NCBI GenBank assembly: GCA_042217585.1
Contig: JBDGSJ010000007.1
Location: 1 to 30,475, forward strand
Reading direction: 5' to 3'
DNA length: 30,475 bases
Source: Candidatus Nanohaloarchaea archaeon
GTDB taxonomy: Archaea > Nanohalarchaeota > Nanosalinia > Nanosalinales > Nanosalinaceae
A program made the translations under genes and the position numbers. Position 1 is the first letter of the stretch, and each line of letters opens with the position of its first letter. Below, piece after piece: positions 1 to 8,395 of the stretch. The notes beneath the pieces were generated by a model, which searched no databases, was not told the origin of the DNA, and saw only the letters and a program-made list of their open reading frames with translations.

Positions 1-405
1 AGGAAGGGCATCACTCCAGTGCTTGCGTCGGTCCTCCTGATAATACTGGCGGTGGCTGCCGCGGGTACGCTATACACTGTGGTGAACCAGATAATCGGAC
101 AGAGCAGTATAAACAACGATGTCTTCAACCAGCAGAACATGAACGTAGAGAACTGCTGGAAGAACTCCACACGGGTCAACATCGCGATAAGGAACTCCGG
201 TGGCGCGGCGATAAACGCATCAGAGATAGATCTTCTCCTCAACGCCCAGCCCGTTGACGATGTCAGGTACTACGTGACGCAGTCGATAGTTGACCCGGAG
301 GACACCTATGTCTTCAGCATAGACAGGAACGCGTACGTTCAGGGCGACAGGATAAAGCTGGTCCTCTCCGGCAACGAGATCGTCGCGGACTGCTTCTTCG
401 ACTGA
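1..405 (+). CDS. Type IV pilin/archaellin-like protein with class III signal peptide (5'-truncated by window edge)
   Basis: Frame 1 is open from base 1 and reads RKG|ITPVLASVLLIILAVAAAG, a prepilin peptidase site followed by a hydrophobic helix. The C-terminus has the Ig-like 'IAIRNSGG' pattern of archaeal pilins. Confidence 0.85.
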   Translation, partial: RKGITPVLASVLLIILAVAAAGTLYTVVNQIIGQSSINNDVFNQQNMNVENCWKNSTRVNIAIRNSGGAAINASEIDLLLNAQPVDDVRYYVTQSIVDPEDTYVFSIDRNAYVQGDRIKLVLSGNEIVADCFFD

Positions 406-450
406 CCAGTGACTGATTAAAAGCTGAGGTCTAAAACCTTCCACGGAAAG

Positions 451-867
451 ATGGAACTGGGCCGAAAGGATGTGATGTTTGCACTTGCCGCCTTCACGCT
501 GGCGGTCCCATCCGGATACTACATGATGGACGCCTTACAGGATGCGCCGCAGACAGGAGAGCAGAAATTCTCCACGGAGATCTCAAGGACTGTTAACGCC
601 TCCAGGGGAGTGATAGAGGTGTCATTCGACAACAGGACCGTGGAACTCCTCCACAGTGACCTCGCGAAGGGAGCCTTCTTCTTTGATACCGACGAGGACC
701 CGCAGACCGAGCGGGAGGTCGCGGTGACTCGTGACGGGAAGGTCCACCAGACCAGGATACTGCTGACCGTCAGGGGAAATACATACATATTCCACCTGAG
801 ATACGCCGACGATCCTGCTACGACCGGCGACGCCTGGATGGAGATATACAGGATCGAGGAGACATAG
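451..867 (+). CDS. Hypothetical protein with N-terminal membrane anchor
   Basis: 138-aa ATG ORF, N-terminal hydrophobic segment, coding-like codon use, TTAAAA about 30 nt upstream. Confidence 0.7.
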   Translation: MELGRKDVMFALAAFTLAVPSGYYMMDALQDAPQTGEQKFSTEISRTVNASRGVIEVSFDNRTVELLHSDLAKGAFFFDTDEDPQTEREVAVTRDGKVHQTRILLTVRGNTYIFHLRYADDPATTGDAWMEIYRIEET

Positions 868-900
868 ACCCCGATCCTGGTTGAAGAAGGACCGGTACTC

Positions 901-1704
901 TCAGTCCCATTCCGGCGCGAAGCCCGGGTCCACCTTCCTCTCTTCCCTCTGGATGGAGTCGATCTTCTCGATGTCCTCTCTGTCGAGTTCCAGGTCCTTA
1001 GCCTCGAGGTTCGACTCTATGTGGTCAGGGTTCTCCGACTTCGGTATCGGGACGACGTTATCCTTCGACATCAGCCACGCAAGGCTGACCTGTGCCTCGC
1101 TGACGCCGTGTTTCTCGGCGATTTCCTGGATCTCCGGAACTTCGAAGACCTCTCCGCGCGCGAGCGGGGAGTAAGCCACGAGAGTGATGTCGTTCTCCTG
1201 GCAGTACTCCAGCACTTCCTCCTGCTGGAGCAGGGGATGCATCTCGACCTGGTTCGCCGCTATCCCGTGGGAGACGACCTCCTGCGCCTTCTCCATCTGT
1301 GAGACCGTGAAGTTGCTCACCCCGATCATCTCGGTCCTGCCTTCCTCCACCAGCCTCTCGAAGGCGCCGAGCGTTTCCTCGGGGTGGTAATCTCCTGCCG
1401 GCCAGTGGACGTACAGTATGTCGACGTGATCGGTCCCGAGCTTCTCCAGGCTCTCCTTCGTGCTCGAGATCACGCCCTCCTCCGCCAGCTGGTCTATCCA
1501 GACCTTTGTCGCAAGGAATAAATCATCGCGGTCTTTTTCCGATTTCTCTATGCCTCTGCCGACGTATTCCTCGTTCTCGTAGACCTGGGCGGTATCTACA
1601 TGCCTGTAACCCAGATCCAGGGCAGTCCTCACGGCTTCAGCGCATTTTTCCGGGTCCTTGTTTTGCCACGTTCCCAGCCCGGGAGAAGGTATGTTCTTGC
1701 TCAT
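901..1704 (-). CDS. Aldo/keto reductase
   Basis: GLGTWQ, GYRHVDTAQVY, LATKVW, LYVHWP, IGVSNF, NQVEMHP, AYSPLARG and IPKS motifs. Confidence 0.97.
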   Translation of the reverse strand: MSKNIPSPGLGTWQNKDPEKCAEAVRTALDLGYRHVDTAQVYENEEYVGRGIEKSEKDRDDLFLATKVWIDQLAEEGVISSTKESLEKLGTDHVDILYVHWPAGDYHPEETLGAFERLVEEGRTEMIGVSNFTVSQMEKAQEVVSHGIAANQVEMHPLLQQEEVLEYCQENDITLVAYSPLARGEVFEVPEIQEIAEKHGVSEAQVSLAWLMSKDNVVPIPKSENPDHIESNLEAKDLELDREDIEKIDSIQREERKVDPGFAPEWD

Positions 1705-1780
1705 GTAAAGCCTATCAGGACCGGCTATTAAGTCGATTTTGGTGTGTTTATCTCAAACTCAAAATAGCTCTGATATTACC

Positions 1781-1853
1781 TTTGAACCGTGAAAAACATT
1801 TTTGAACTCCTGAAAACAAACTTTGAAGCTTTTGAGAGCTCCTGCAGTTTTGT
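1781..1853. repeat. AT-rich degenerate ~20-bp tandem repeat / phased TTTGAA sites between divergent genes
   Basis: TTTGAA at 1781, 1801 and 1822, TTTGAG at 1831; tttgaaccgtgaaaaaca vs tttgaactcctgaaaaca. Confidence 0.5.
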
Positions 1854-1913
1854 AGAAACTTCAAACAACCGTATTCGGAAGATATTAAAAGAATTGGCTT
1901 CTTTTTGGGTTCC

Positions 1914-2315
1914 ATGAAACTCCCGAGCATGGAAGACGGGGAAGGTTTTGATGAAGTTCAAAAATTCGAGTGCATAATGAGAAACCTTTACGAGCTGACA
2001 TCTGTCGATATAGAGTGTTTCAGGCTTCTGCTTGAAAGCGAGGATTCCCTGACGGTCGATGAGATAGCCGAGGACATGGGAAGGGACCGTTCCACGGCAT
2101 ACAGGGCTGTTCAGAGGCTCAAGGACCGGGAGTTCGTCTCGAAGGAGAAGGTGGTCTACGACAGGGGAGGTTACTACCACATATACCAGCCACGGGAGAT
2201 AGAGACCCTCAGGGAGAAGATGGAGGACCGGCTTGACCGCCAGACATCCACTTTACAGGAGATGATAAAGGATTTCGAATCCGGTTTCAGCCAGGGCCAG
2301 GCGCGTTCAAACTAG
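1914..2315 (+). CDS. Winged-HTH transcriptional regulator (TrmB/ArsR-like archaeal family)
   Basis: LTVDEIAEDMGRDRSTAYRAVQRL helix-turn-helix and GGYYHIY wing. Start is ATG 1914 or 1929; TATA-like ATTAAAA at 1884-1890. Confidence 0.88.
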   Translation: MKLPSMEDGEGFDEVQKFECIMRNLYELTSVDIECFRLLLESEDSLTVDEIAEDMGRDRSTAYRAVQRLKDREFVSKEKVVYDRGGYYHIYQPREIETLREKMEDRLDRQTSTLQEMIKDFESGFSQGQARSN

Positions 2316-4317
2316 TCTGCGGTCCTCTTCCGGGTATCTCCGCCCCGAGTCCGGACAGGACCGTCCTTGCGGCCTCCCTGACCTTTCCTGTGTAGAAACC
2401 TGTGTCGTATCTCCGTGTATTCTCGTTCTCTAGCCGGACCCGATCCGGGCTTCGTTCCGTGTCGTCGGCCACGACGAACCCTATCTTCTCCCCGGGCCGG
2501 TACTCGAGTCCTCTCTGCTCGGCTCTTTCCAGGGCGGCGACGGTCCTCGTGTACTGGCTGTAGGCCTGTCTCTCCCTTGATATGTTCTTCCTGATGGTCA
2601 GCAGGCCGGGATCGACCCCGTTCTCCAGTTCCTCGATTTTCTGCCTCATCACCTGGATAACGTCGCCGGACCGCGGCTTCTCTCCGAGCGCCTCTATCAT
2701 CTCTCTCTGCGCGTCCCTGACGAACTCGGGGCTGGAGCTCTGCCTGGCCTCTATACCCCTGAACTTGTACTCCCCGCTCTTCTTCCTCCCGAAGTAGCGG
2801 TTCAGTGCGCCGGCCTCCGAGTCCTTCCGCGGGACGAAGCATATCCAGTCGTAACGCGCCTCGTGTTCGAGTTCCACGTCGACCCTCTCCGAGACGGTCC
2901 TGCATATCTCCTCCACGTCTACGGAGCTGTCTCTGTCTTTCACCCATGCGCTGTCGATTATCCCGTGGACCACCTCCCAGCCGTTCTCCTCGAACTCCTG
3001 CTTGGCGTCGAGCAGCATGTCCCTTGCGTGGGCGTTTATCGCCTCGTGGCACTCTATCCTGCCGAACTTGCTGTTCCTGTATCCCTGGTACCCGAAGCAT
3101 GACACCAGCACCCATTTTATCGCGTCGGAGACGGATTCCAGTTCAGGGTCGTCTCTTTCCCGGAGCTCCTGCTTGACGCGGTCCCTGTGATCGATAAGAG
3201 GTTTCAGGACCGATCTCAGGAAACCGTCTTTCTCGCAGACGCTGTAGTCGAGCCCGGGGACGGGCTGGCGGTCCGGGTGGCAGTCGCACATCAGCGTGTC
3301 GGGGCTTATGTTCTTCTCGACCATGATGTTCGGGTAGAGCGACGAGAAGTCGACCTCGAAGACGTCCCTGTGGAGACCGGTCTCGGGGCTGAATATGAAA
3401 CCTCCGCGGTCCGCCTCGTGGAGCTGGCTCAGGTCCTTGAACCTCTCCGGCTCCCACTTCTTCCACGGCACGAGGACCCCGCGGTCGGTCGCCTCCCGTA
3501 TCTCTATCGCGGTCAGGACGTTCCCTATGCTGGCCCAGCCTATCTCCTGCAGGGGCTTCCAGCTCTCCTCCACCAGGTACTTCATCCCGGGGATCCCGGT
3601 CCTGCCGAGGAAGAAGCTGTTGGAGCTGTCGAGGACCACTCTCCCGGGTACGGTGTAGCGGGCGGGGGAGTGGCCGACCCTGCCGAAGCTCTCGTAGCTG
3701 TTCTCCCCTGCCAGCTTCTCGACCCCTTCCTCCCTGCCGAGGACCTCTCCCTCCCCGGCGAGCCTTTCCTTCAGCAACGGTATCAGCCTGCTGCTGTTCA
3801 CCCGGATTACGTCGGGTTCCCGGTCGAGGCCGTCGATCACCATCTGGACCGCCTCCTCCCCGCTTCCTGCTTCCTCCCCGCCTATCTTCAGGCCGGAGAG
3901 GTCCTCGGATGCCAGTCCTTTACGGGGTATCTCTACCTCCAGTTCCTCCAGTCCCCCGGTTGAGGGAGGTGTCCCGGTCTCGAGGCAGTAACGGAACTGA
4001 GGGGTCAGGTCGACGTTGAACAGGCGGTGGCCGGTCCGGTCCATCTTCTTCAGCCTGTGGGCCACGTCTCTCAGGTCCCTGACGTCTTTCGCGTCCACCC
4101 GGAGGACCTCCTTCTCCTCTCCCCGGAGCTCAAGCTTCTTCCCGGTCAGGCAGGTGGCCCTGACCCTTCCGTCGCGGGCTATCTCCGCCCTGACCTGTTT
4201 CAGGTCCTCTCCGTGGAGGTAGATCGTCGGGTAGTACTCCTCCTCGTTCCTTCTGACCTCGCCGTCTTTGCGGCTCCATTCGACCGCCTTTCCTTCCCGG
4301 AAGTCGACCTTGAACAT
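2287..4317 (-). CDS. polB2: Family B DNA polymerase, PolB2 group
   Basis: Motif A DFSSLYPNIM, motif B KWVLVSCFGYQGY, motif C HGIIDS (YGDTDS with the first Asp replaced, typical of PolB2), RGIEAR; no clear exonuclease motifs. Confidence 0.93.
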   Translation of the reverse strand: MFKVDFREGKAVEWSRKDGEVRRNEEEYYPTIYLHGEDLKQVRAEIARDGRVRATCLTGKKLELRGEEKEVLRVDAKDVRDLRDVAHRLKKMDRTGHRLFNVDLTPQFRYCLETGTPPSTGGLEELEVEIPRKGLASEDLSGLKIGGEEAGSGEEAVQMVIDGLDREPDVIRVNSSRLIPLLKERLAGEGEVLGREEGVEKLAGENSYESFGRVGHSPARYTVPGRVVLDSSNSFFLGRTGIPGMKYLVEESWKPLQEIGWASIGNVLTAIEIREATDRGVLVPWKKWEPERFKDLSQLHEADRGGFIFSPETGLHRDVFEVDFSSLYPNIMVEKNISPDTLMCDCHPDRQPVPGLDYSVCEKDGFLRSVLKPLIDHRDRVKQELRERDDPELESVSDAIKWVLVSCFGYQGYRNSKFGRIECHEAINAHARDMLLDAKQEFEENGWEVVHGIIDSAWVKDRDSSVDVEEICRTVSERVDVELEHEARYDWICFVPRKDSEAGALNRYFGRKKSGEYKFRGIEARQSSSPEFVRDAQREMIEALGEKPRSGDVIQVMRQKIEELENGVDPGLLTIRKNISRERQAYSQYTRTVAALERAEQRGLEYRPGEKIGFVVADDTERSPDRVRLENENTRRYDTGFYTGKVREAARTVLSGLGAEIPGRGPQTSLNAPGPG

Positions 4318-4559
4318 CAGTCCATTTTTTCCTCCAGCCTGCTTATCTCCTTCTCCTGTTCGACGAGGACGGAGAAGAGAGCCATCAGGACCGGGTTCTC
4401 GTGGTTCATGTGGCTGGCGGCGTGCGCCTTCCTCTCAGCCTTGTCGAAGACCGCGTCGTAGAACTCCTGGTCCTTCTTCCTCATCGCCCTGCGGTAGGGC
4501 TTCCACTCCCTCCTCATCTTCTGCAGCGAGTTCCTGTAGGTCGGGTTAGTACGGCCCAG
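4317..4559 (-). CDS. Small helical PolB2-associated protein (arCOG07300-like), probable CTG start
   Basis: Extending the 66-aa ORF upstream gives (L/M)GRTNPTYRNSLQKMRREWKPYRRAMR. SD GGAGGTGA lies 6 nt before CTG 4559, with an in-frame TGA at 4568-4566. Its stop overlaps the polB2 ATG. Confidence 0.85.
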   Translation of the reverse strand: MGRTNPTYRNSLQKMRREWKPYRRAMRKKDQEFYDAVFDKAERKAHAASHMNHENPVLMALFSVLVEQEKEISRLEEKMD

Positions 4560-5187
4560 AGGTCTTCACCTCCGCTGAAAGCTCCCAGTAGGGGACCGTG
4601 GTCTGGACCCCTCCCGGCACTGTGTAGAACAGCGTCCGGAAACCGTCCGAGGACAGTTTCCTTCCCTGTGAGGTCCTCTTGGATTCTATCTCTTTCACGG
4701 CGGCGCTCTCGAGGACCGCGGCGTGCTCTGTTTCCCCGGTCACGGACGCGACCACCGGTATCTCCAGTTCCTCTGCCCTCTCCCTGAGCTCCCGGACCGC
4801 TTCCTCCAGCATCTCGATTCCCTCCCAGTGGCCGACCTCGTCCGCCGCGTAGAGCCGGGATGGGACCGAGAGGAACACTGCGTCGTTCTCCCCGGCCTTC
4901 CGGACCGCTCTGTGTACCAGGGTGTGGTGCTGGTGGGCGGTGAAGGCCCTTGCCACGGAGATGTTGTCTGCGCTGATCCCTGAGGCCTTCGCGGTGTTCC
5001 CGCCGTCGATCCAGAGGACCTGTTCGCTGACCGCTGCCTGCCTCTCCAGGAGTTCCCTGAAGGTCCTCGAGCCGGCTTCCCCGGCTTTCAGGATGTTCAC
5101 TCCTTTCACGGGTTCTGGAAGTTTTTTGACGGGTTTTCTGCGTTCTTCCCTCTCCTCGACCTTCATCTGTCTTGTCTTCATCTTCAC
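4546..5187 (-). CDS. Inactivated RadA/RecA-fold protein of the PolB2 operon
   Basis: VLWIDGGNT and ISVARAFTAHQHHTLV RecA-fold motifs, no intact Walker A, position ahead of the small partner and PolB2. Confidence 0.85.
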   Translation of the reverse strand: MKMKTRQMKVEEREERRKPVKKLPEPVKGVNILKAGEAGSRTFRELLERQAAVSEQVLWIDGGNTAKASGISADNISVARAFTAHQHHTLVHRAVRKAGENDAVFLSVPSRLYAADEVGHWEGIEMLEEAVRELRERAEELEIPVVASVTGETEHAAVLESAAVKEIESKRTSQGRKLSSDGFRTLFYTVPGGVQTTVPYWELSAEVKTSGPY

Positions 5188-5210
5188 GTGTTTGAAGAAC
5201 GGCTGTATCC

Positions 5211-5245
5211 TTTAACAGGCGATGGAGAGGATGCCGGAAGTTCCG
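5211..5245 (-). promoter_or_regulatory. PolB2 operon promoter: palindromic CGGAACTTCCG box plus TATA-like TTAAA
   Basis: Perfect palindrome CGGAA-N-TTCCG at 5235-5245, 19 nt upstream of TTAAA (5215-5211), which is about 24 nt from GTG 5187. Confidence 0.6.
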
Positions 5246-6256
5246 CTACGGTTCCTCGGCGGGCATGTAGGTGGTCCAGCGGCCGGAGCCCTCCGATTCC
5301 ACCAGGTTGTAGTGCTTCATCTTGTTTAGGTATTTCCTGAGCATCCTCTCGCTCTTGGGGTCCTCCATCTCCTCCCTGTACCGGTCGTACAGGTCCCTCG
5401 GCTTTATCTCCTCTTCCTCCTTTATTATCTCGTAAAGCTCCTGCTGGTGCGGGTTCAGTTTCTCGACGTTCTTCTGCTGGTTCCGGTCCTTCGCCTCGGG
5501 TATCGATTCCTGTATCAGTTCCGAGGTTATCTCGTCCATCCCCTGCTCCTCCGCCTTTCTCGCGGAGGCCCGGAGTATCCCTATCGCTATCCGTGCGTCT
5601 CCCTCTGAGGACAGCGCTATCTTCCTGATGTTGCCGCGGTCGATGGACCTGGGTTTCAGGCCGTTGTCGACCCGGTACTTCAGTATGTCCTCCAGCTGGT
5701 CGGAGGTGTACTCCTTGAACTCTATCCTCCTTGCGTCCATCAGCCGGGACCTTATCCTGTCGTCCATGTTGTAGAAGACGCTCTCCTCCGTGTTCGCGAT
5801 CATTATCAGGTTGAGGTCCGGTATCTGGTTCAGGTCGTACAGGACCTTCTCGTCCTCCAGCTGGTCCACCTCATCCAGTATCAGGACGTATGGCTGGCTG
5901 ACGCTGTTCCTCAGCCGGGAGTATAGTTCGTCGGTCGGGGTGGACTGGCGGTGGACCTGCAGGGTCTTGCCGAGCCCTTCGAGCGCCTTGTAGAGGACCT
6001 TGAACCGGTTGTAGTTCTCCCAGCAGTTCACGTAGTAGTACTTCAGGTCCAGTATCTCCTCTTCCAGCTTCTGGAGGGTGTACTGGGATATGCAGGTCTT
6101 TCCCGTCCCAGGCGGTCCGTGGATCAGGGATTTCTGCGCCTGTCCGTCCTCCGTCAGCGGCTCCAGAGTCTTCGAGAGCTCGTTGACCTCGGAGTTCCTG
6201 TGCTTGATCTCTCCCGGTATGAAGTCGTCGCGGAGGACTCTTGCGTCGACTATCAT
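5246..6256 (-). CDS. cdc6: Cdc6/Orc1 family AAA+ ATPase with C-terminal winged helix
   Basis: Walker A GPPGTGKT, YVNCW, Walker B LILDEVDQL, IMIAN, RIRSRL, GDARIAI, C-terminal wHTH. Confidence 0.96.
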   Translation of the reverse strand: MIVDARVLRDDFIPGEIKHRNSEVNELSKTLEPLTEDGQAQKSLIHGPPGTGKTCISQYTLQKLEEEILDLKYYYVNCWENYNRFKVLYKALEGLGKTLQVHRQSTPTDELYSRLRNSVSQPYVLILDEVDQLEDEKVLYDLNQIPDLNLIMIANTEESVFYNMDDRIRSRLMDARRIEFKEYTSDQLEDILKYRVDNGLKPRSIDRGNIRKIALSSEGDARIAIGILRASARKAEEQGMDEITSELIQESIPEAKDRNQQKNVEKLNPHQQELYEIIKEEEEIKPRDLYDRYREEMEDPKSERMLRKYLNKMKHYNLVESEGSGRWTTYMPAEEP

Positions 6257-6281
6257 CTGTGAAATGATTGACGGCTCTCGG

Positions 6282-6316
6282 TTTTAAAGGGAATTCTGTC
6301 GTTTCCGCTAGTTCCG
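6282..6316 (-). promoter_or_regulatory. cdc6 promoter: CGGAACTAGCGGAAAC box plus TTTAAAA
   Basis: Box at 6316-6306, TTTAAAA at 6288-6282, ATG at 6256. Confidence 0.6.
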
Positions 6317-6347
6317 TCAGGGGCAGGAAGGTCCTGCCGGCCGCAGT

Positions 6348-6506
6348 TCATCCACGGATGAGGGCGATGGATCTTCTGAAGCCGGTCAGGAACCTCCTGA
6401 AGCCTCTTTCTACTTCCCTGTCAGGGTCCCTCGGCAGTTCCGAGAGACCTCTGATCTCCTTTCGTCTGTTCATGCGGGCGGACCTCCGCCGGGTCTCCCC
6501 CGGCAT
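6348..6506 (-). CDS. Putative 52-aa Arg-rich small protein upstream of cdc6
   Basis: ATG 6506 lies about 20 nt after TTTTAAA (6532-6526); codon use resembles host genes; no family recognised. Confidence 0.4.
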   Translation of the reverse strand: MPGETRRRSARMNRRKEIRGLSELPRDPDREVERGFRRFLTGFRRSIALIRG

Positions 6507-6525
6507 CCAGTGATTGGCACCACTG

Positions 6526-6562
6526 TTTAAAATGGCGTGCGGGGTGTTTTCCGGCAGTTCCG
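6526..6562 (-). promoter_or_regulatory. Promoter with CGGAACTGCCGGAAAA box plus TTTTAAA
   Basis: Box at 6562-6552, 19 nt upstream of TTTTAAA. Confidence 0.55.
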
Positions 6563-6619
6563 CCAGCTGTTTCATGGCGCTCCGGCAGATTTATCAGGTT
6601 CAGGCCTGTTTCCTCTAAC

Positions 6620-8395
6620 ATGACCGTAGCGGAAAGATCCGAGATAGACCCCGAGTACAAGTGGGACGTCGAGAGCGTATACCCCGGAAAAGTTGAATGG
6701 GAGGAAGATTTCGAGGAGGTCCGGGACCGTCTCGAGGAGCTTGAGGATTACAGGGGTGAGCTGGACGACGGAGAGAAGATGCTTGACTTCCTGGATCTTC
6801 TGGAGGAGCTGAAGAGGAAGGCGGAGCTGGTCCACCGCTACGCCACGATGAAGAGGGACGAGGACAGCAGGGACCAGGAGGCGCAGGCGATGGCGTCCCG
6901 TGCGAGTTCCCTCAGATCCCGGCTTGAGAGCGCGACCGGGTTCATGAACCCCGAGATAGCGGAGATGGGTGAGGAGAAGCTGGAGGAGATGATGGATGTG
7001 ACCCCCGGGCTGGAGGACTACCGGCACTTCCTTGAGGAGATAGTCCGGAAGAAACCGCATACCCGGTCCGTCGAGGTCGAGACCGTTATAGCGGAGATGG
7101 GTGAGGTCCTTGACTCCCCTTCCAGGGTCTTCAGGATGCTGTCGAACGCCGATCTCGACTTCCCGGAGGTGGACGGTCCTGAAAGATCCGTCGAGATCAC
7201 CAATGCCAACTTCACCTCTCTCCTGAAGGAGAGGGACCGGGAGTTCCGTGAGAAGGTCCACGAGGCTTACTACTCGACGATAGACGGCCTGAGGAACACG
7301 ATAGGCGCGGCTTTTGAGGACAACATCAGGAAGAACGTCAGGCTGGCGGAGACGAGGGACTACGGCTCGGCCAGGGAGGCCTCGCTGGACCGGAACAGGA
7401 TACCGGTAGGGGTTTACGACAGTCTCGTGGATACCGTCAGGGAGAACCTGGACCGGCTTCACCGCCACGTGGACCTCAAGAAGAGGAACCTCGAAGTGGA
7501 TTCTCTCAAGCCCTGGGATTTCTACATGCCGATGACTGACTCGGAGGGGCCCGAGATACCGTTCGAGAAGGCGAAGGAACACGTTGTGGAGGCGGTGGCG
7601 CCGCTCGGCGACGAGTACCAGAGCAAGATGAAGAAGGGTCTTAACTCGGGATGGGTCGATGTCTACGAGAACCGCGGAAAGCGGTCCGGAGCGTACTCGG
7701 GCGGTGCATACGATACGAAGCCCTTCATCCTGATGAACTATCAGGACGATGTCAGTTCGATGTACACGCTGGCGCACGAGCTTGGACATTCGATGCATTC
7801 GCTCTACACCAAGAAAAACCAGGACTACTTCTACAGCGACTACCCGATATTCCTCGCCGAGATCGCCTCGACCACCAACGAGGCCCTGCTCACCCAGCAT
7901 CTGCTCGAGACCGTCGAGGACGAGGAGTTCAGGCGGCACGTGCTGAGCCACTACCTCGAGAACTTCAGGAACACTATCTACAGGCAGACGATGTTCGCGG
8001 AGTTCGAACAGCAGGTCCACCGGAGGGTCCGGGAGGGCGAGGCGCTGACTCCGGACCGGCTGGATGAGAACTACCGCGAGCTCAAGTCAGATTTCTACGA
8101 GCCCGCGGACCTCGACGGGATGATATCGAAGGAGTGGATGAGGATACCGCATTTCTACTACAACTTCTACGTTTACCAGTACGCGACCGGAATGAGCGCC
8201 GCGGAGACGTTCGCCAGGAGGATACTGGAGGGCGAGGGAAGGAGGGATTACATGGAGTTCCTGAAGGCGGGGTCAAGCGATTACCCCCTGGAGGTCCTGA
8301 GGGATGCAGGGATAGAGATGAACTCGCCGGAACCCGTGGAGAAGGCTCTGGATGTTTACAAGGGGCATCTCGACAGGATGGAGAAGATGGTCTAG
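6620..8395 (+). CDS. pepF: Oligoendopeptidase F (peptidase M3B)
   Basis: YKWD N-terminus, GKRSGAYS, AHELGHSMH zinc motif, AEIAST, RQTMFAEFE, IPHFYYNFYVYQYATG. Confidence 0.97.
   Translation: MTVAERSEIDPEYKWDVESVYPGKVEWEEDFEEVRDRLEELEDYRGELDDGEKMLDFLDLLEELKRKAELVHRYATMKRDEDSRDQEAQAMASRASSLRSRLESATGFMNPEIAEMGEEKLEEMMDVTPGLEDYRHFLEEIVRKKPHTRSVEVETVIAEMGEVLDSPSRVFRMLSNADLDFPEVDGPERSVEITNANFTSLLKERDREFREKVHEAYYSTIDGLRNTIGAAFEDNIRKNVRLAETRDYGSAREASLDRNRIPVGVYDSLVDTVRENLDRLHRHVDLKKRNLEVDSLKPWDFYMPMTDSEGPEIPFEKAKEHVVEAVAPLGDEYQSKMKKGLNSGWVDVYENRGKRSGAYSGGAYDTKPFILMNYQDDVSSMYTLAHELGHSMHSLYTKKNQDYFYSDYPIFLAEIASTTNEALLTQHLLETVEDEEFRRHVLSHYLENFRNTIYRQTMFAEFEQQVHRRVREGEALTPDRLDENYRELKSDFYEPADLDGMISKEWMRIPHFYYNFYVYQYATGMSAAETFARRILEGEGRRDYMEFLKAGSSDYPLEVLRDAGIEMNSPEPVEKALDVYKGHLDRMEKMV

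Noticed and set aside
5241..6310. TTCCGCTA direct repeat flanking cdc6 as a target-site duplication
   Set aside because: Both copies overlap the CGGAAC promoter boxes; no transposase or terminal inverted repeats
6320..6520. SRP RNA or RNase P RNA
   Set aside because: No GAGGAAAGTCC RNase P signature or SRP helix-8 motif found on either strand
6257..6619. Replication origin (oriC) next to cdc6
   Set aside because: No canonical ORB (TTCCAxxGGAAAC plus G-string in the right orientation) and no extended AT-rich unwinding element. The repeats fit promoter geometry better. Not fully excluded.
6572..8020. 482-aa antisense ORF and other long shadow ORFs (2312-3115, 3187-3963, 10101-10820, 28393-29070)
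   Set aside because: They overlap well-supported genes, arise from GC3 bias, and carry no motifs
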